Assembly: GCA_039208735.1 (NCBI GenBank)
Contig: JBCCQY010000013.1
Coordinates: 1 to 64,000, forward strand
From: Myxococcota bacterium
Lineage (GTDB): Bacteria; Myxococcota_A; UBA796; GCA-2862545
Length of the DNA stretch: 64,000 bases
Direction: 5' to 3'
Position 1 is the stretch's first letter. The number at the start of each line of letters is the position of its first letter. Below the pieces are notes generated by a model. That model was not told where the DNA came from. It did no database searches and saw only the letters and a list, made by a program, of their open reading frames with translations. Positions 50,049 to 59,724 of this stretch are shown here, piece by piece. Made by a program: the position numbers and the translations under genes.

Positions 50049-51053
50049 TCAGGCCACGCCGTTGAAGAGCCGTCCCCGGTTGGAGGTGCGGCGCTGTTCG
50101 ACGGCCGGCGTGTCCTTCAGATCGGCTTGGTTTGCCGAGCCTTGAGGTTTCGGGTCACGCCGCCGTTCGAACTGGGCAAAGCTGGACAGCGCGTGTTCAC
50201 CGCCATCGGCGAACGCCTGCTCGAGGTCCAGTTCGACATCGCCGAGTTCCTCAAGGGCATCCCACGTGCCTTCCAGGCGGACGTCGACCTCGCCCCGGCG
50301 TGCCTGGACTTCCACTGCGAGGTCTGGGTCGACCTCGACCCGGACGGTGCCATTTTCGAGATGCTCGAGATGCACGTCTTCCCAACGCTCGAACAGCGTG
50401 TCGTCGACGAGAGCGTCCCCTTCCATCGTCGCACCGTCGGCGGCTTCGAGAGGTTCGAGCGCATCCGGCGCCCGTGCCGTTTCGGCGGCCGCCAGATCGA
50501 ATTGGGGAGTCGAGGCCGGCTTGACCTGGCTTCGGCGTCGGAAGGGAGTAGCGAACGCGCCATGGCGCAAGGGGTCGACCTCGACTGGCGCCTCGAGCCC
50601 AAAGCCCTCGGGGACATTGGAGGCCGAGGGCGTCAACGGGTCAAAAGCCGGCCCGAGTTCGGGCATTCCCGGCTGGGGGGTGGGCCGTGCGCCGCGGAGC
50701 GACAAGGGGCCTGAGACCTCGTTCAACATGGGCTGGTTGCGCATGAGTTGAGGCTGACCCGATGGACCGTCGTCGGGGCCCGCGGGTGCGCTGCTGGTGG
50801 TGGCATCTCCCCGTTGCGGAGGCGAAAACCGTGCCGGCTGGGTCGGCCAGATCCCCAGCCGGGCGCGTGGCTTCAGGTTCTCCTGTTCCATCGGGCGATC
50901 GGGGGTCATCTGCGCCGAAGGGAGCACCGAGCCCAGAATGGCGGCAAAACCCTGGTCATCGAGCGGGCCGTCGTGCGAGGCCGGCAGCGATTTAGCGCGG
51001 GCGGGCGAGAGGGTCTCGGGAGCAGCTCCGAGAAGGGCAAGCACGGCGGTCAT
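50049..51053 (-). CDS. fliK: Putative flagellar hook-length control protein FliK
   Basis: Pro/Ala-rich low-complexity N-terminal part, compact C-terminal domain, canonical position before flgD; sequence is divergent. Confidence 0.6.
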   Translation of the reverse strand: MTAVLALLGAAPETLSPARAKSLPASHDGPLDDQGFAAILGSVLPSAQMTPDRPMEQENLKPRARLGIWPTQPARFSPPQRGDATTSSAPAGPDDGPSGQPQLMRNQPMLNEVSGPLSLRGARPTPQPGMPELGPAFDPLTPSASNVPEGFGLEAPVEVDPLRHGAFATPFRRRSQVKPASTPQFDLAAAETARAPDALEPLEAADGATMEGDALVDDTLFERWEDVHLEHLENGTVRVEVDPDLAVEVQARRGEVDVRLEGTWDALEELGDVELDLEQAFADGGEHALSSFAQFERRRDPKPQGSANQADLKDTPAVEQRRTSNRGRLFNGVA

Positions 51054-51571
51054 GGGTTCGTGTCCAAAGGAATGGGGGCAGTGAGTTGCTCGGCCAGGCG
51101 TGCGGCTTTGGCCGGGGGCATCGCCGCGAGAATCTTGGCCGCCTTGGCGGGCTGCATGCGGTCGAGAAGGTCTACGGCGAGGGTGTCGTCCATGGCCGCG
51201 ATGAATGGCCCGGATTGTTTCGACCTCATCTTTTCGGCCATTTCGGTGACCGCTTGACGACGACGTTCCTCAATCTCGTCGAGAGCGGCGAGCTTGGCGT
51301 CGATTTCCGAGCGTAAGGCCTCCATTTCGACGAGTCGGACTTCGAGGCGTTGCTCGGCTTCTCGAAGGTCCGCCTCGCGGTCGGCGATGGAGGCTTGACG
51401 TCGTTGGAGGGCTCGGTCTCGCGCATTGAGTCGGCCTGCGAGTTCCTGCAAGCCGGCTCCGATGGAACGCCGTGGGTTGATCACCCCATCGCCAGACGAT
51501 TCGGCGAAGGCGAGGGTCCCGCTTCCAATGACCGCACCCATCAGCAATGCGGCGATGAGCTTTGCCTTCAT
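51050..51571 (-). CDS. MotE/YlxF/FlbB family flagellar protein
   Basis: Signal or TM segment, coiled coil, and an MgtE_N-like MQPAKAAKILAAMPPAKAARL repeat. Confidence 0.8.
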   Translation of the reverse strand: MKAKLIAALLMGAVIGSGTLAFAESSGDGVINPRRSIGAGLQELAGRLNARDRALQRRQASIADREADLREAEQRLEVRLVEMEALRSEIDAKLAALDEIEERRRQAVTEMAEKMRSKQSGPFIAAMDDTLAVDLLDRMQPAKAAKILAAMPPAKAARLAEQLTAPIPLDTNP

Positions 51572-52002
51572 CAGTGGTTCTCCGTGAACTGCCGTCGCAG
51601 CCAGACCTGCAGGCCAGCCTCGTCGAGGTGGCGCTGGTCGCGGCGCTGGCGGTCATCGGCCAAGGTTTCGTCGAGGCGGTCGGCGTAGCGTTCGGTGGTC
51701 TCGACACGGCGAGCCGCATCGACGAGCGACTGACGCCGCTGCTCGACAAAGTCATCGATAGGAATGGCTTGCGCCGCCAAACTGCGACGACGCATTTCCT
51801 GGCGCAGGGTGTAGGCATGGCACCGCATCAGATCATCGGCATCGGTCGAACGGATGAGCCGCGTGTCGTGCAGGTGGCTCTCACACGCCTTGAGTGCAGC
51901 ATCATGGTCCATCTGGACGCGCTGGGCGCTCGCGAATTCGGACCGTGCTTGGTCCCGCTGGATTCGTTGAATCCGAGCCAGTCGCCTCAGCGTTTTCGTC
52001 AT
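51571..52002 (-). CDS. fliJ: Putative flagellar export protein FliJ
   Basis: About 143-aa coiled coil ending in DQRHLDE (EQKxLDE-like), immediately upstream of motE-fliK-flgD. Confidence 0.7.
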   Translation of the reverse strand: MTKTLRRLARIQRIQRDQARSEFASAQRVQMDHDAALKACESHLHDTRLIRSTDADDLMRCHAYTLRQEMRRRSLAAQAIPIDDFVEQRRQSLVDAARRVETTERYADRLDETLADDRQRRDQRHLDEAGLQVWLRRQFTENH

Positions 52003-52023
52003 GCATCCTCCGCCAGGAGACGC

Positions 52024-52049
52024 ATCGGTTCCGCGAACCCCGACTTGAG
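52024..52049 (-). promoter_or_regulatory. Sigma-28-like promoter for the fliJ operon
   Basis: CTCAAG-N14-ACCGAT, 21 nt upstream of the fliJ ATG. Confidence 0.75.
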
Positions 52050-52194
52050 GCAGTCCTACGCCGGGCAACACCCCTTCTTGCCGGAATTGGAGAATGCGAG
52101 CCGTCGATGACCTTGAAGTCGGGTCGAACTTGCGCCTGCATCACAGTGTCATGAATTGTCATGCGTCGGGATGTGTTCCCTCAGAGTCACGTCT

Positions 52195-52689
52195 ATGGCC
52201 GATCCTAGAACGGTGAGTGATGACCTGAGGCGATATGTCGAAGACCTGGCGCTGTTCTACGAAGCGGCGGGCCTGCCCCGGATTGCGGGACGAATCCTCG
52301 GGCTGCTGCTGGTCTGCGAACCGCCTCATCGCACGGCGGCCCAGCTCATCGAGGAGTTGGGAGCCAGCAAGGCGAGCGTGAGCCAGATGACGCGCCTGCT
52401 TGTATCGGCAGGACTCATCGAGCGGTTTGCTCAACGGGGGGAGCGGGCCAGCTACTTCCGCATTCGAGACGATGGCTTTGAGACCCTGTTCGAGCGAGAG
52501 ATTGCGACCATTCGGGGGTTTGGGCCCATCGCAGATCGCGGACTCGCCCTGTTGGGTCCTGAAGCGGGCGACCGTGGGTCACGACTGCGCGCTTTACGGG
52601 CGTTGTATCGGTTCTTCGAAGAGGCCATGCCCGACCTCATCGATCGCTGGCGACGGGAGCGCGACGAACGGATTGCCAACGAAGATTAG
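52195..52689 (+). CDS. GbsR/MarR family transcriptional regulator
   Basis: GLPRIAGRILGLLL, LGASKASVS and GERASYF. Confidence 0.85.
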   Translation: MADPRTVSDDLRRYVEDLALFYEAAGLPRIAGRILGLLLVCEPPHRTAAQLIEELGASKASVSQMTRLLVSAGLIERFAQRGERASYFRIRDDGFETLFEREIATIRGFGPIADRGLALLGPEAGDRGSRLRALRALYRFFEEAMPDLIDRWRRERDERIANED

Positions 52690-55600
52690 GCATCCAGCGC
52701 GTCTTGTACGGCCCGCACGAGGTCTTCCTGGGCGAACGGTTTGCGTAAGAAGGGCATGCGACCGAGTGACTCATCCAAGTCGTCGAGCAGCCCGTCGGGG
52801 TGCCCAGACATGAAGATGACGGGCAGCTCGGGGTGCCGGGACCGAGCCTGCCTCAGCACTTCCGGTCCGTTGGCCCCGGGCATCACCACATCGGTGACCA
52901 GGACATCGATGGGTTCACGCTCCAGGATGGCCAGGGTTTCGCCAAGGCTGCTCGCAAGGTGGGGGATCCAATCGAGGCTTGCCACCAGGCGGCCGAGCGA
53001 GCGGGCCACGTCGTGCTGGTCGTCTACGAGCAAGACCCGCAGCGCTTTGGGTCGTTGGGGTTCCTCGAGGGGGCGCGGGGGCAGCGACGGAGGGGCATGG
53101 GCGGGCTCGGGCACCAATGGAAGAAGTACGGTCATGCAGGTGCCTACGCCAACCTCGCTGTGCACTTCAATGTCACCGCCGGCTTCCGAGACCGCTCCTT
53201 GCACGGTGGCGAGTCCGAGGCCCGTGCCACGGCTTGCGGTTTTGGTCGTGAAGTAGGGCTCGAAGAGGTGGGTGACCTCGGGAGCCGTGATGCCCACCCC
53301 ATCATCTTCGACGGTCAGCACGGCCCACTCCTCATCGCGCTGGGTGACGCGGATCTGGATGATGCCGGGGCCCTCGATGGCATCTCGGCCGTTGACGACC
53401 AGGTTCGTCACGATTTGGTCCAGTCGGCCGCGGTCGATGCTGACCCACACCGGATCGGCCGCCTCCACGCGTAGCTCGATGTCTTCGCGGATCAGGCGGC
53501 TCAAGAGGGGGAGAAAGCGACGCATCGCCCGGCCTAGTTCGATGACCTGAGGCTTCGTGGGGGACTTTCGGCCGACGACCAACAGCCGTCGTGTCAGCGT
53601 GGCGGCGCGCTCGACGGTGCGTCCTAGGGAGTCGGCGGCTTGCCGAACGGGCGGATCGAGGTGGGACTGCAGTTGGGAGGCGTGGCTTGACACGATGGTG
53701 AGCAGGTTGTTGAAGTCGTGGGCAATGCCTCCGGCGAGACGTCCGATGGCCTCGAGGCGACGGCTATCGTGCAGGGCTTGTTGCGCCTTCTCACGAACCG
53801 CTTGCTCCTTGCGCAGCGCGCGTTCCGCCCGTTTCCGGACCCCAATCTCGGCGGTGAGCGCCTGATTGTGCCGGCGTGTGGTCCACCAGGCCGCCCATAG
53901 TCCCAGTGCGACGGCACCGACGAGGCCCACGGGCAGTCCCACCTGGAACGCGAGGGTCTCGGGGGTGGCTGCGACCCGCTCGAACGACACGCCCACCGGC
54001 TCGCTGGCGATGCCAGATGGGCCGATGGCCCGGACCTCAAACCGATAGTGGCCGGGCTCCAACGACCAGTAGAGGTGTCGCGCGGTTGTCGGGTCGGACC
54101 AGTGATCGTCCCGACCGACGAGGCGGTAGCGGTACCGCACTGCGCGTGGGTCATGAAATTGGGTCGCGACGAACCCCACGGCAAACCCATCTTCGCCCGG
54201 ACCTCCGCGGGAGGGGGAGGCCGAGAGGAGGTCGAGGTCGCCCAACCGCACGTCTCGAAACTTGATGACCGGGGGGGAGCGAGGAAACACCTGGTTGGGA
54301 TCAACTTCCGCGAGACCGGCGATGGTCGGCGCCCAGAGGTGGCCATCCGCACCCAACACGCCAGACGCACCATTGGCTTCGCCCGAATCGAGCAGGGTGC
54401 AGGTGACGGTACGGTCGGAATGCAGCAACGCGGCGCGGAGTTCGTCCTCGTTCACCCGCCCTAAACCACGGTTCGTGTTGAACCACAAGGTTCCATCGGC
54501 GGTGTCGAAGATGTGGGACAGCGCGTAGTCGCACATGCCGCGTCGGGGCGTGATGGCCCCGATGACCCGGCTTCCCTCTGCGCCCAGCAACCCCGCACCG
54601 TAGGTGCTGAGCCACAGCATGTCGGGACGTTCCAGCACGTCGCGGACCGGTGCATTGCCGACCAGGGCGACCTGCCGAACCACTCGGCCGTGGCGGAGCT
54701 GAAGGAGCGTCGTGTCGTCGAGCACCACCCACAGCTCACCGGGGCGTACGCCCGTGATGGGGCGAATCCGCGTTCCGCCAAGGTCGGTGGCGGTCGTTAC
54801 GGGTTTTATTCCTCCGGTTTCCAAAATCTCAAACAGGGTTTGGTCATAGACGAACCAAGGCCCCTGTTGAGGGATGAACAGCCGTTCGGGAGGGCTGATC
54901 GGAAGCTCGGCTACGACCTGCCACTGCTCCCCACGGAATTGGAGGATGATGGCGTCTCCACGTTCGCGGTCGATCGTGCGGACGAAGACCTTGCCGCGAT
55001 CATCCGCCCACGGCATCGTGCATCGTCGGAAGCTCGTTCCTGGCGGAATGGGGGGCATCGGTTTGCCCAGCCGCTCGAGTTTGCTGTCGCACGTGCCAAT
55101 CCAGAGCGTGTCGGCCGCGTCACGCGCGACGGAGCCAATGCTGCGGTTGGGAAGGTGGATGTCGACCGGTGCGCGGTCGATCCGCCACAGGCCACCGCCG
55201 TCCAAGCCGAGCCACAGCCCCCCTTCTTGATCGATGAGGTGAGAGCGAACCAAGGTGTCGGGCAGCGGAAGCTGCGTAGCATTGCCACGGCTTGGCCAGA
55301 CCTTGCCTTGGAGGACGAGCCAACTCTGCGCTTGCCAGGCGAACGAGAACCCGATGAGCATCGCGTTGGTCGGGTCTGTGTGCTGCTCGAGCCAACGGCG
55401 TTGCATGGGGTCGAAATGGTAGGCGCCGTTGATTCCGTGCAGCCAGAGGCGCCCATCCTCATCCTGACCGACGCGCTGCAGGGGTCCAACGCGGGGGTCG
55501 GGGGGGATGGGGAGGCATGCGGTTGGCGCCGTGGGGCACTGCCACGGCATCTCGAAGCCGCTGCCCACAACCTGACCGTTGTCGAGCTTAGCGAGCGCCC

Positions 55601-56054
55601 AAAGGCGCCCGGTTTCGATCGGGATGCGGCGGGGCGGCTCGGCGGACAGTTCGACGAATGCGTGAGGCGTAGCGGCCCATACTCGGCCTTCACCATCGAC
55701 GGCCAAGTCCGAGATGACCTCGCGAGGCCCCAGTCGGGTGAAGCGTCCGTTGCGTAGGCGGTAGGCACCCCGGTTTTCGGAGCCGAACCACAGGGTGCCG
55801 TCAGGAGACTCGGCCACCGTGACGAACCGGTTGGCATCTAGCCCTTCTGTGTTCGCCGGTGTGAAGTGGCGAAACTCGAACCCATCGAACCGTGCGATGC
55901 CCCCAAACGTCGTGAGCCAGATGTCGCCGTCGCGAGACTGAACGAGGTCGGTCACGGAGTTCTGAGGCAGGCCCTCGCGCATCGTCCACCGATCGACACG
56001 CCACCGGGGCTCGGCGGCGAGGCCCAACGCCACGAGGAGCCACCAACTGGTCAT
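52686..56054 (-). CDS. Hybrid sensor histidine kinase (beta-propeller sensor, Y_Y_Y, HisKA, HATPase, REC)
   Basis: GLPQNSV, WLTTFGG repeats, YRYRL, AGGIAHDFNNLL, NGRDA, FTTK, GTGLGL and TDVVMPG. Confidence 0.93.
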   Translation of the reverse strand: MTSWWLLVALGLAAEPRWRVDRWTMREGLPQNSVTDLVQSRDGDIWLTTFGGIARFDGFEFRHFTPANTEGLDANRFVTVAESPDGTLWFGSENRGAYRLRNGRFTRLGPREVISDLAVDGEGRVWAATPHAFVELSAEPPRRIPIETGRLWALAKLDNGQVVGSGFEMPWQCPTAPTACLPIPPDPRVGPLQRVGQDEDGRLWLHGINGAYHFDPMQRRWLEQHTDPTNAMLIGFSFAWQAQSWLVLQGKVWPSRGNATQLPLPDTLVRSHLIDQEGGLWLGLDGGGLWRIDRAPVDIHLPNRSIGSVARDAADTLWIGTCDSKLERLGKPMPPIPPGTSFRRCTMPWADDRGKVFVRTIDRERGDAIILQFRGEQWQVVAELPISPPERLFIPQQGPWFVYDQTLFEILETGGIKPVTTATDLGGTRIRPITGVRPGELWVVLDDTTLLQLRHGRVVRQVALVGNAPVRDVLERPDMLWLSTYGAGLLGAEGSRVIGAITPRRGMCDYALSHIFDTADGTLWFNTNRGLGRVNEDELRAALLHSDRTVTCTLLDSGEANGASGVLGADGHLWAPTIAGLAEVDPNQVFPRSPPVIKFRDVRLGDLDLLSASPSRGGPGEDGFAVGFVATQFHDPRAVRYRYRLVGRDDHWSDPTTARHLYWSLEPGHYRFEVRAIGPSGIASEPVGVSFERVAATPETLAFQVGLPVGLVGAVALGLWAAWWTTRRHNQALTAEIGVRKRAERALRKEQAVREKAQQALHDSRRLEAIGRLAGGIAHDFNNLLTIVSSHASQLQSHLDPPVRQAADSLGRTVERAATLTRRLLVVGRKSPTKPQVIELGRAMRRFLPLLSRLIREDIELRVEAADPVWVSIDRGRLDQIVTNLVVNGRDAIEGPGIIQIRVTQRDEEWAVLTVEDDGVGITAPEVTHLFEPYFTTKTASRGTGLGLATVQGAVSEAGGDIEVHSEVGVGTCMTVLLPLVPEPAHAPPSLPPRPLEEPQRPKALRVLLVDDQHDVARSLGRLVASLDWIPHLASSLGETLAILEREPIDVLVTDVVMPGANGPEVLRQARSRHPELPVIFMSGHPDGLLDDLDESLGRMPFLRKPFAQEDLVRAVQDALDA

Positions 56055-56066
56055 AAAGCCATGCGA

Positions 56067-56092
56067 CTCAAGTCGACCCAAGACCGACCGAT
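56067..56092 (+). promoter_or_regulatory. Sigma-28-like promoter for flhA
   Basis: CTCAAG-N14-ACCGAT, 24 nt upstream of the flhA ATG. Confidence 0.75.
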
Positions 56093-56116
56093 TGCCGCCC
56101 CACGGAGGGGTTCGCC

Positions 56117-58180
56117 ATGTCGTGGTGGGAGCGACTGCAAGATCATGGCGATGCCATGCTGGCCATCGGGTTGTTCGGGCTGCTTGGGATCATGGTGGTG
56201 CCGCTGCCTCCCGTGCTTCTCGACATGCTGCTCGCCTTGTCGATCTGCTTTTCCCTGCTGCTGTTTCTCGCTGCCCTTTATGCAACGAAAGCAGTCGAGT
56301 TTAGCGTGTTCCCGACGTTACTCCTCGTGGCCACCGTCTTTCGGCTCGCGTTGAACGTGGCCAGTACGCGGCTCATCTTGCTGAACGGCAGTTTTGGGAG
56401 TCACGCAGCCGGAAGGATCATCGAGACCTTTGGGCAGTTCGTCGTGGGCGGAAACTACATTGTTGGCGCGGTGGTGTTCACCATCCTTGTGCTGATCAAT
56501 TTCGTCGTCATCACGAAGGGTTCGGGTCGAATTGCCGAGGTCGCGGCCAGGTTCACGCTCGATGCGATGCCCGGCAAGCAGATGGCCGTGGATGCGGAGC
56601 TGAACGCGGGCCTGATCGATGAAAAAGAGGCGCGGAAGCGTCGATCGGACATCACGCAGGAGGCGGACTTCTACGGCGCCATGGATGGGGCGTCGAAGTT
56701 CATCCGGGGCGATGCGATTGCCGGGATCATCATCACCATCGTCAACGTGGTGGGAGGCGCGCTGATCGGCTCCTTTCAGCAGGGGATGCCTCTCGCCGAG
56801 GCGGCTTCCACCTACACCATTCTCACGATTGGGGATGGGCTCGCCGGACAGGTCCCTGCGCTCATCGTCAGTACCGCGGCGGGGTTGTTGGTCACCCGGG
56901 TCGACGACACGAACGGGTTGAACCTGCACCGACAGATTCGCAGCCAGCTCTTCGACAATCCGCGGGTGTTGGGGGTTGGCGCCGTGTTGCTGGCGGGCAT
57001 CGCGATGATTCCCGGCTTGCGCGTTCCGTTCCTCATCGGTGCGCTCACCCTGGGCTTCATGGCGTGGCAAATGCGAGACGGGCCGGCGCCGGCTCCCCCG
57101 CCGGCCGAAGAGACCGAGGCCAGGCGCTCTGATGAGCTGCATCCCGAGGAACTCCTGCCCGTCGAACCGCTGGCCGTCGAGGTGGCGGTCGATCTGCTGT
57201 ACCTCGTCGACGAACGCCATGGGGGCGAGCTACTGAAACGTATTCAGAAGGTTCGAAGTCAGTTCGCGAAGGACCTTGGGCTTGTTCTGCCTCCCGTCCA
57301 CCTTCGCGACAACCTCGACCTCGACAATGGGCAGTACGCGGTGTTGTTGCGGGGGGAGCGCATTGCGACCGGCCAAATCCAGCCGCGTGCCCATTTGGCC
57401 CTGGACTCGGGAGGGGCCAGCTCGCCGTTACAAGGCATCGCCACGACAGACCCCGTGTTTGGATTGCCGGCCTATTGGATCATGGACCGTACGGTCCTCG
57501 ATGCACGAGCCAAGGGCTACACCGTCGTCGATGCGCCCACCGTCGTGACGACCCACTTGGTGGAACTGATGTCGGCCTTTGGGCATGAGCTGTATGACGG
57601 CGCCCAACTCGATGCGGCCCTGGAGCGCGTCCAAGCCGCGAATCCCAAGCTGGTCGACGACCTGATTCCGGACCCCTTGCCGGCCAACCTGGTGCTCAAG
57701 GTGTGTCGGAATCTCTTGAAGGAAGGGCTGTCGGTCCGTGACCTACAGACGATTCTCGAGGCGTTGGCGGACTACGCAGGGCGTACGCGCGACCCCGAAG
57801 TGCTAACGGAATTCGTCCGGCAACGAATGGCCCGGCACATCACAGGGCGCTTCGCTCACGAAGGCGTCGTTCGCGTCGTCCAGCTGGGCCCTTCGGCCGA
57901 GGATGCGGTGTTGCGCGGCCTTCAGGCCACCGACGGTTCGACGCCCAACTTGCAACTGCCCCCCAACCAGGCGCGTGACCTCATTCTGGGCATTCGTGAC
58001 CAGGTCGAGCGCTATGCGGGGCCTGGGCAAGCCGTGGTGATGTGTCCCCCGTTGGCGCGGGGCGCGTTGCGTCGTTTGGTTGAACGGGCGTTGCCTCGCG
58101 TGGCCGTGCTTTCGAGTGCGGAGCTGCTGCCTGAGGTACGCCTGGAGCCGGTCGGGCGAGTGGAACTCAAGTCGGCATGA
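56117..58180 (+). CDS. flhA: Flagellar export gate protein FlhA
   Basis: RLALNVASTR, RIAEVAARFTLDAMPGKQM and FYGAMDGASKF; flagellar gene context. Confidence 0.95.
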   Translation: MSWWERLQDHGDAMLAIGLFGLLGIMVVPLPPVLLDMLLALSICFSLLLFLAALYATKAVEFSVFPTLLLVATVFRLALNVASTRLILLNGSFGSHAAGRIIETFGQFVVGGNYIVGAVVFTILVLINFVVITKGSGRIAEVAARFTLDAMPGKQMAVDAELNAGLIDEKEARKRRSDITQEADFYGAMDGASKFIRGDAIAGIIITIVNVVGGALIGSFQQGMPLAEAASTYTILTIGDGLAGQVPALIVSTAAGLLVTRVDDTNGLNLHRQIRSQLFDNPRVLGVGAVLLAGIAMIPGLRVPFLIGALTLGFMAWQMRDGPAPAPPPAEETEARRSDELHPEELLPVEPLAVEVAVDLLYLVDERHGGELLKRIQKVRSQFAKDLGLVLPPVHLRDNLDLDNGQYAVLLRGERIATGQIQPRAHLALDSGGASSPLQGIATTDPVFGLPAYWIMDRTVLDARAKGYTVVDAPTVVTTHLVELMSAFGHELYDGAQLDAALERVQAANPKLVDDLIPDPLPANLVLKVCRNLLKEGLSVRDLQTILEALADYAGRTRDPEVLTEFVRQRMARHITGRFAHEGVVRVVQLGPSAEDAVLRGLQATDGSTPNLQLPPNQARDLILGIRDQVERYAGPGQAVVMCPPLARGALRRLVERALPRVAVLSSAELLPEVRLEPVGRVELKSA

Positions 58181-58212
58181 CCCTTGGCGTGACGCAGGCG
58201 CGACGCGGCGGG

Positions 58213-58238
58213 CTCAAGAGGCGGTCCAGCCTACCGAA
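58213..58238 (+). promoter_or_regulatory. Sigma-28-like promoter for fliA-flgFGAH
   Basis: CTCAAG-N14-ACCGAA, 26 nt upstream of the fliA GTG. Confidence 0.7.
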
Positions 58239-58264
58239 CATCAGGACGTCGAACGGAGAGTCCT

Positions 58265-59041
58265 GTGACCGGAGCGCGCGCCTACCAAAGTGCAAGCCCC
58301 CAACGCCTCGTTGAGGGCATGACGAGAGAGCAAATCTGCGTCAAGTACCACGACAAGGTCTTCCTCGTGGCGCGACGCATTCACGAACGCCTGTCTCGGA
58401 ATGCGACCGTGCAGGTGGATGACATGGTTGCTTGGGGGTCCATCGGACTCCTCGAAGCGTTCGAACGCTACGATGCGAGCAAGGGCGTACGGTTCTCGAC
58501 GTATGCCGAACATCGCATTCGAGGCACCATCTACGACGCCTTGCGGGCGAGAGATACCTCGACCCGGCGTCGGCGTGACCTTGCCAAGCGCATCGAAGCC
58601 GCCCGCGTGCGGTTGATGCGACGGAACGGGGAAGAGCCTGAGCCCGAGGCCATCGCCACCGAACTCGGCATCGATCTGGAGCGCTACTGGAGCGCCATCG
58701 AGGCGACCAAACAAATCAGCGTCATCAGCTACGACACCCCTGACGAAGAGGGTCGGCCCCTGATGGAGGTCCTGTCCGACCCGGAGGCATCGAGCGCTGA
58801 ACAGCGATTGCTGGCCAACGAAGTAAAGGTCGAATTGCGCCGCGCCATCGAGGACCTTCCGGAACGGCAGCGTCACTGCCTGATGATGTACTACGACCGC
58901 GAAATGTCGCTCGCCGAAATCGGCGAGGTCTACTCGGTCAGCGTGAGCCGCATTTCGCAGATTCTGTCGGAGGCGCGAGGCCGCCTTCGCCGCCGGCTGC
59001 GGACGGTGATCGATCCGACCGATTTGCAGGGGAAGGAATGA
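58265..59041 (+). CDS. fliA: FliA/WhiG family RNA polymerase sigma factor (sigma-28)
   Basis: GLLEAFERYD, FSTYAEHRIRGTIYDALR, LAEIGEV and SRISQI. Confidence 0.92.
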   Translation: MTGARAYQSASPQRLVEGMTREQICVKYHDKVFLVARRIHERLSRNATVQVDDMVAWGSIGLLEAFERYDASKGVRFSTYAEHRIRGTIYDALRARDTSTRRRRDLAKRIEAARVRLMRRNGEEPEPEAIATELGIDLERYWSAIEATKQISVISYDTPDEEGRPLMEVLSDPEASSAEQRLLANEVKVELRRAIEDLPERQRHCLMMYYDREMSLAEIGEVYSVSVSRISQILSEARGRLRRRLRTVIDPTDLQGKE

Positions 59042-59724
59042 GTCGTGAGTTGTACCCCGCACTGTCGGGGGCCTTCGGCGCATGGCGTCAGCTCGAGGTC
59101 ATCGCCAACAACATCGCGAACGCGCAGACCACAGGCTACAAAGCCGAGCGCGTCGCCTTCGAAGCGCACGGGCCGCGAAGTGCTTATGCCCGAATCGCCG
59201 ACGGCCTGGTCGACCAATCGACCGGAGCGCCGTCGCGCACCGATGACCCACTCCACGTCGCCCTCCAGGGGCCGGGCTTTTTCGTCGTCGAAGCGACGGG
59301 TGAACAGCCCTGGCTGACGCGGGATGGTCAGTTGCACCTCGATCCTCGAGATGGAACGCTCCGCACTCCGGCCGGTCACCTCGTTCAAGGAGCGGATGGG
59401 CCCATCGAAGTGCCTCCCGGAGAGCGTGCGCGAATCGAAGCGGATGGCACGGTCGTGGCAAGCGAATCCGGGGTCGTCGGGAAGCTTCGCGTGGTGGTCG
59501 CGAACGTGGAGCCACTCGGCGGAAACCTTTGGCGGCCGCTCGCTCCGATGGTCGAGCAGGACGCGGTCCTCGTCCCGGGCTCCATCGAACAATCGAACGT
59601 CGATCCCATGCGGTCGATGGTCGATCTCATTGCGGCCAGCCGGACCTTTGAAGTGGTGCAGAACGTGTTGCGCACGAGCGATGAGCTTGATGCGCGCCTC
59701 AACGAATTTGGCAGAGGTGCATAA
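59038..59724 (+). CDS. flgF: Flagellar basal-body rod protein FlgF
   Basis: ANNIANAQTTGYK, VALQGPGFF, TRDG and EQSNVD; directly before flgG. Confidence 0.85.
   Translation: MSRELYPALSGAFGAWRQLEVIANNIANAQTTGYKAERVAFEAHGPRSAYARIADGLVDQSTGAPSRTDDPLHVALQGPGFFVVEATGEQPWLTRDGQLHLDPRDGTLRTPAGHLVQGADGPIEVPPGERARIEADGTVVASESGVVGKLRVVVANVEPLGGNLWRPLAPMVEQDAVLVPGSIEQSNVDPMRSMVDLIAASRTFEVVQNVLRTSDELDARLNEFGRGA

Noticed and set aside
56117..58180. Injectisome SctV rather than FlhA
   Set aside because: The neighbours are flagellum-specific (fliA, flgF/G/A/H, flgD/E).
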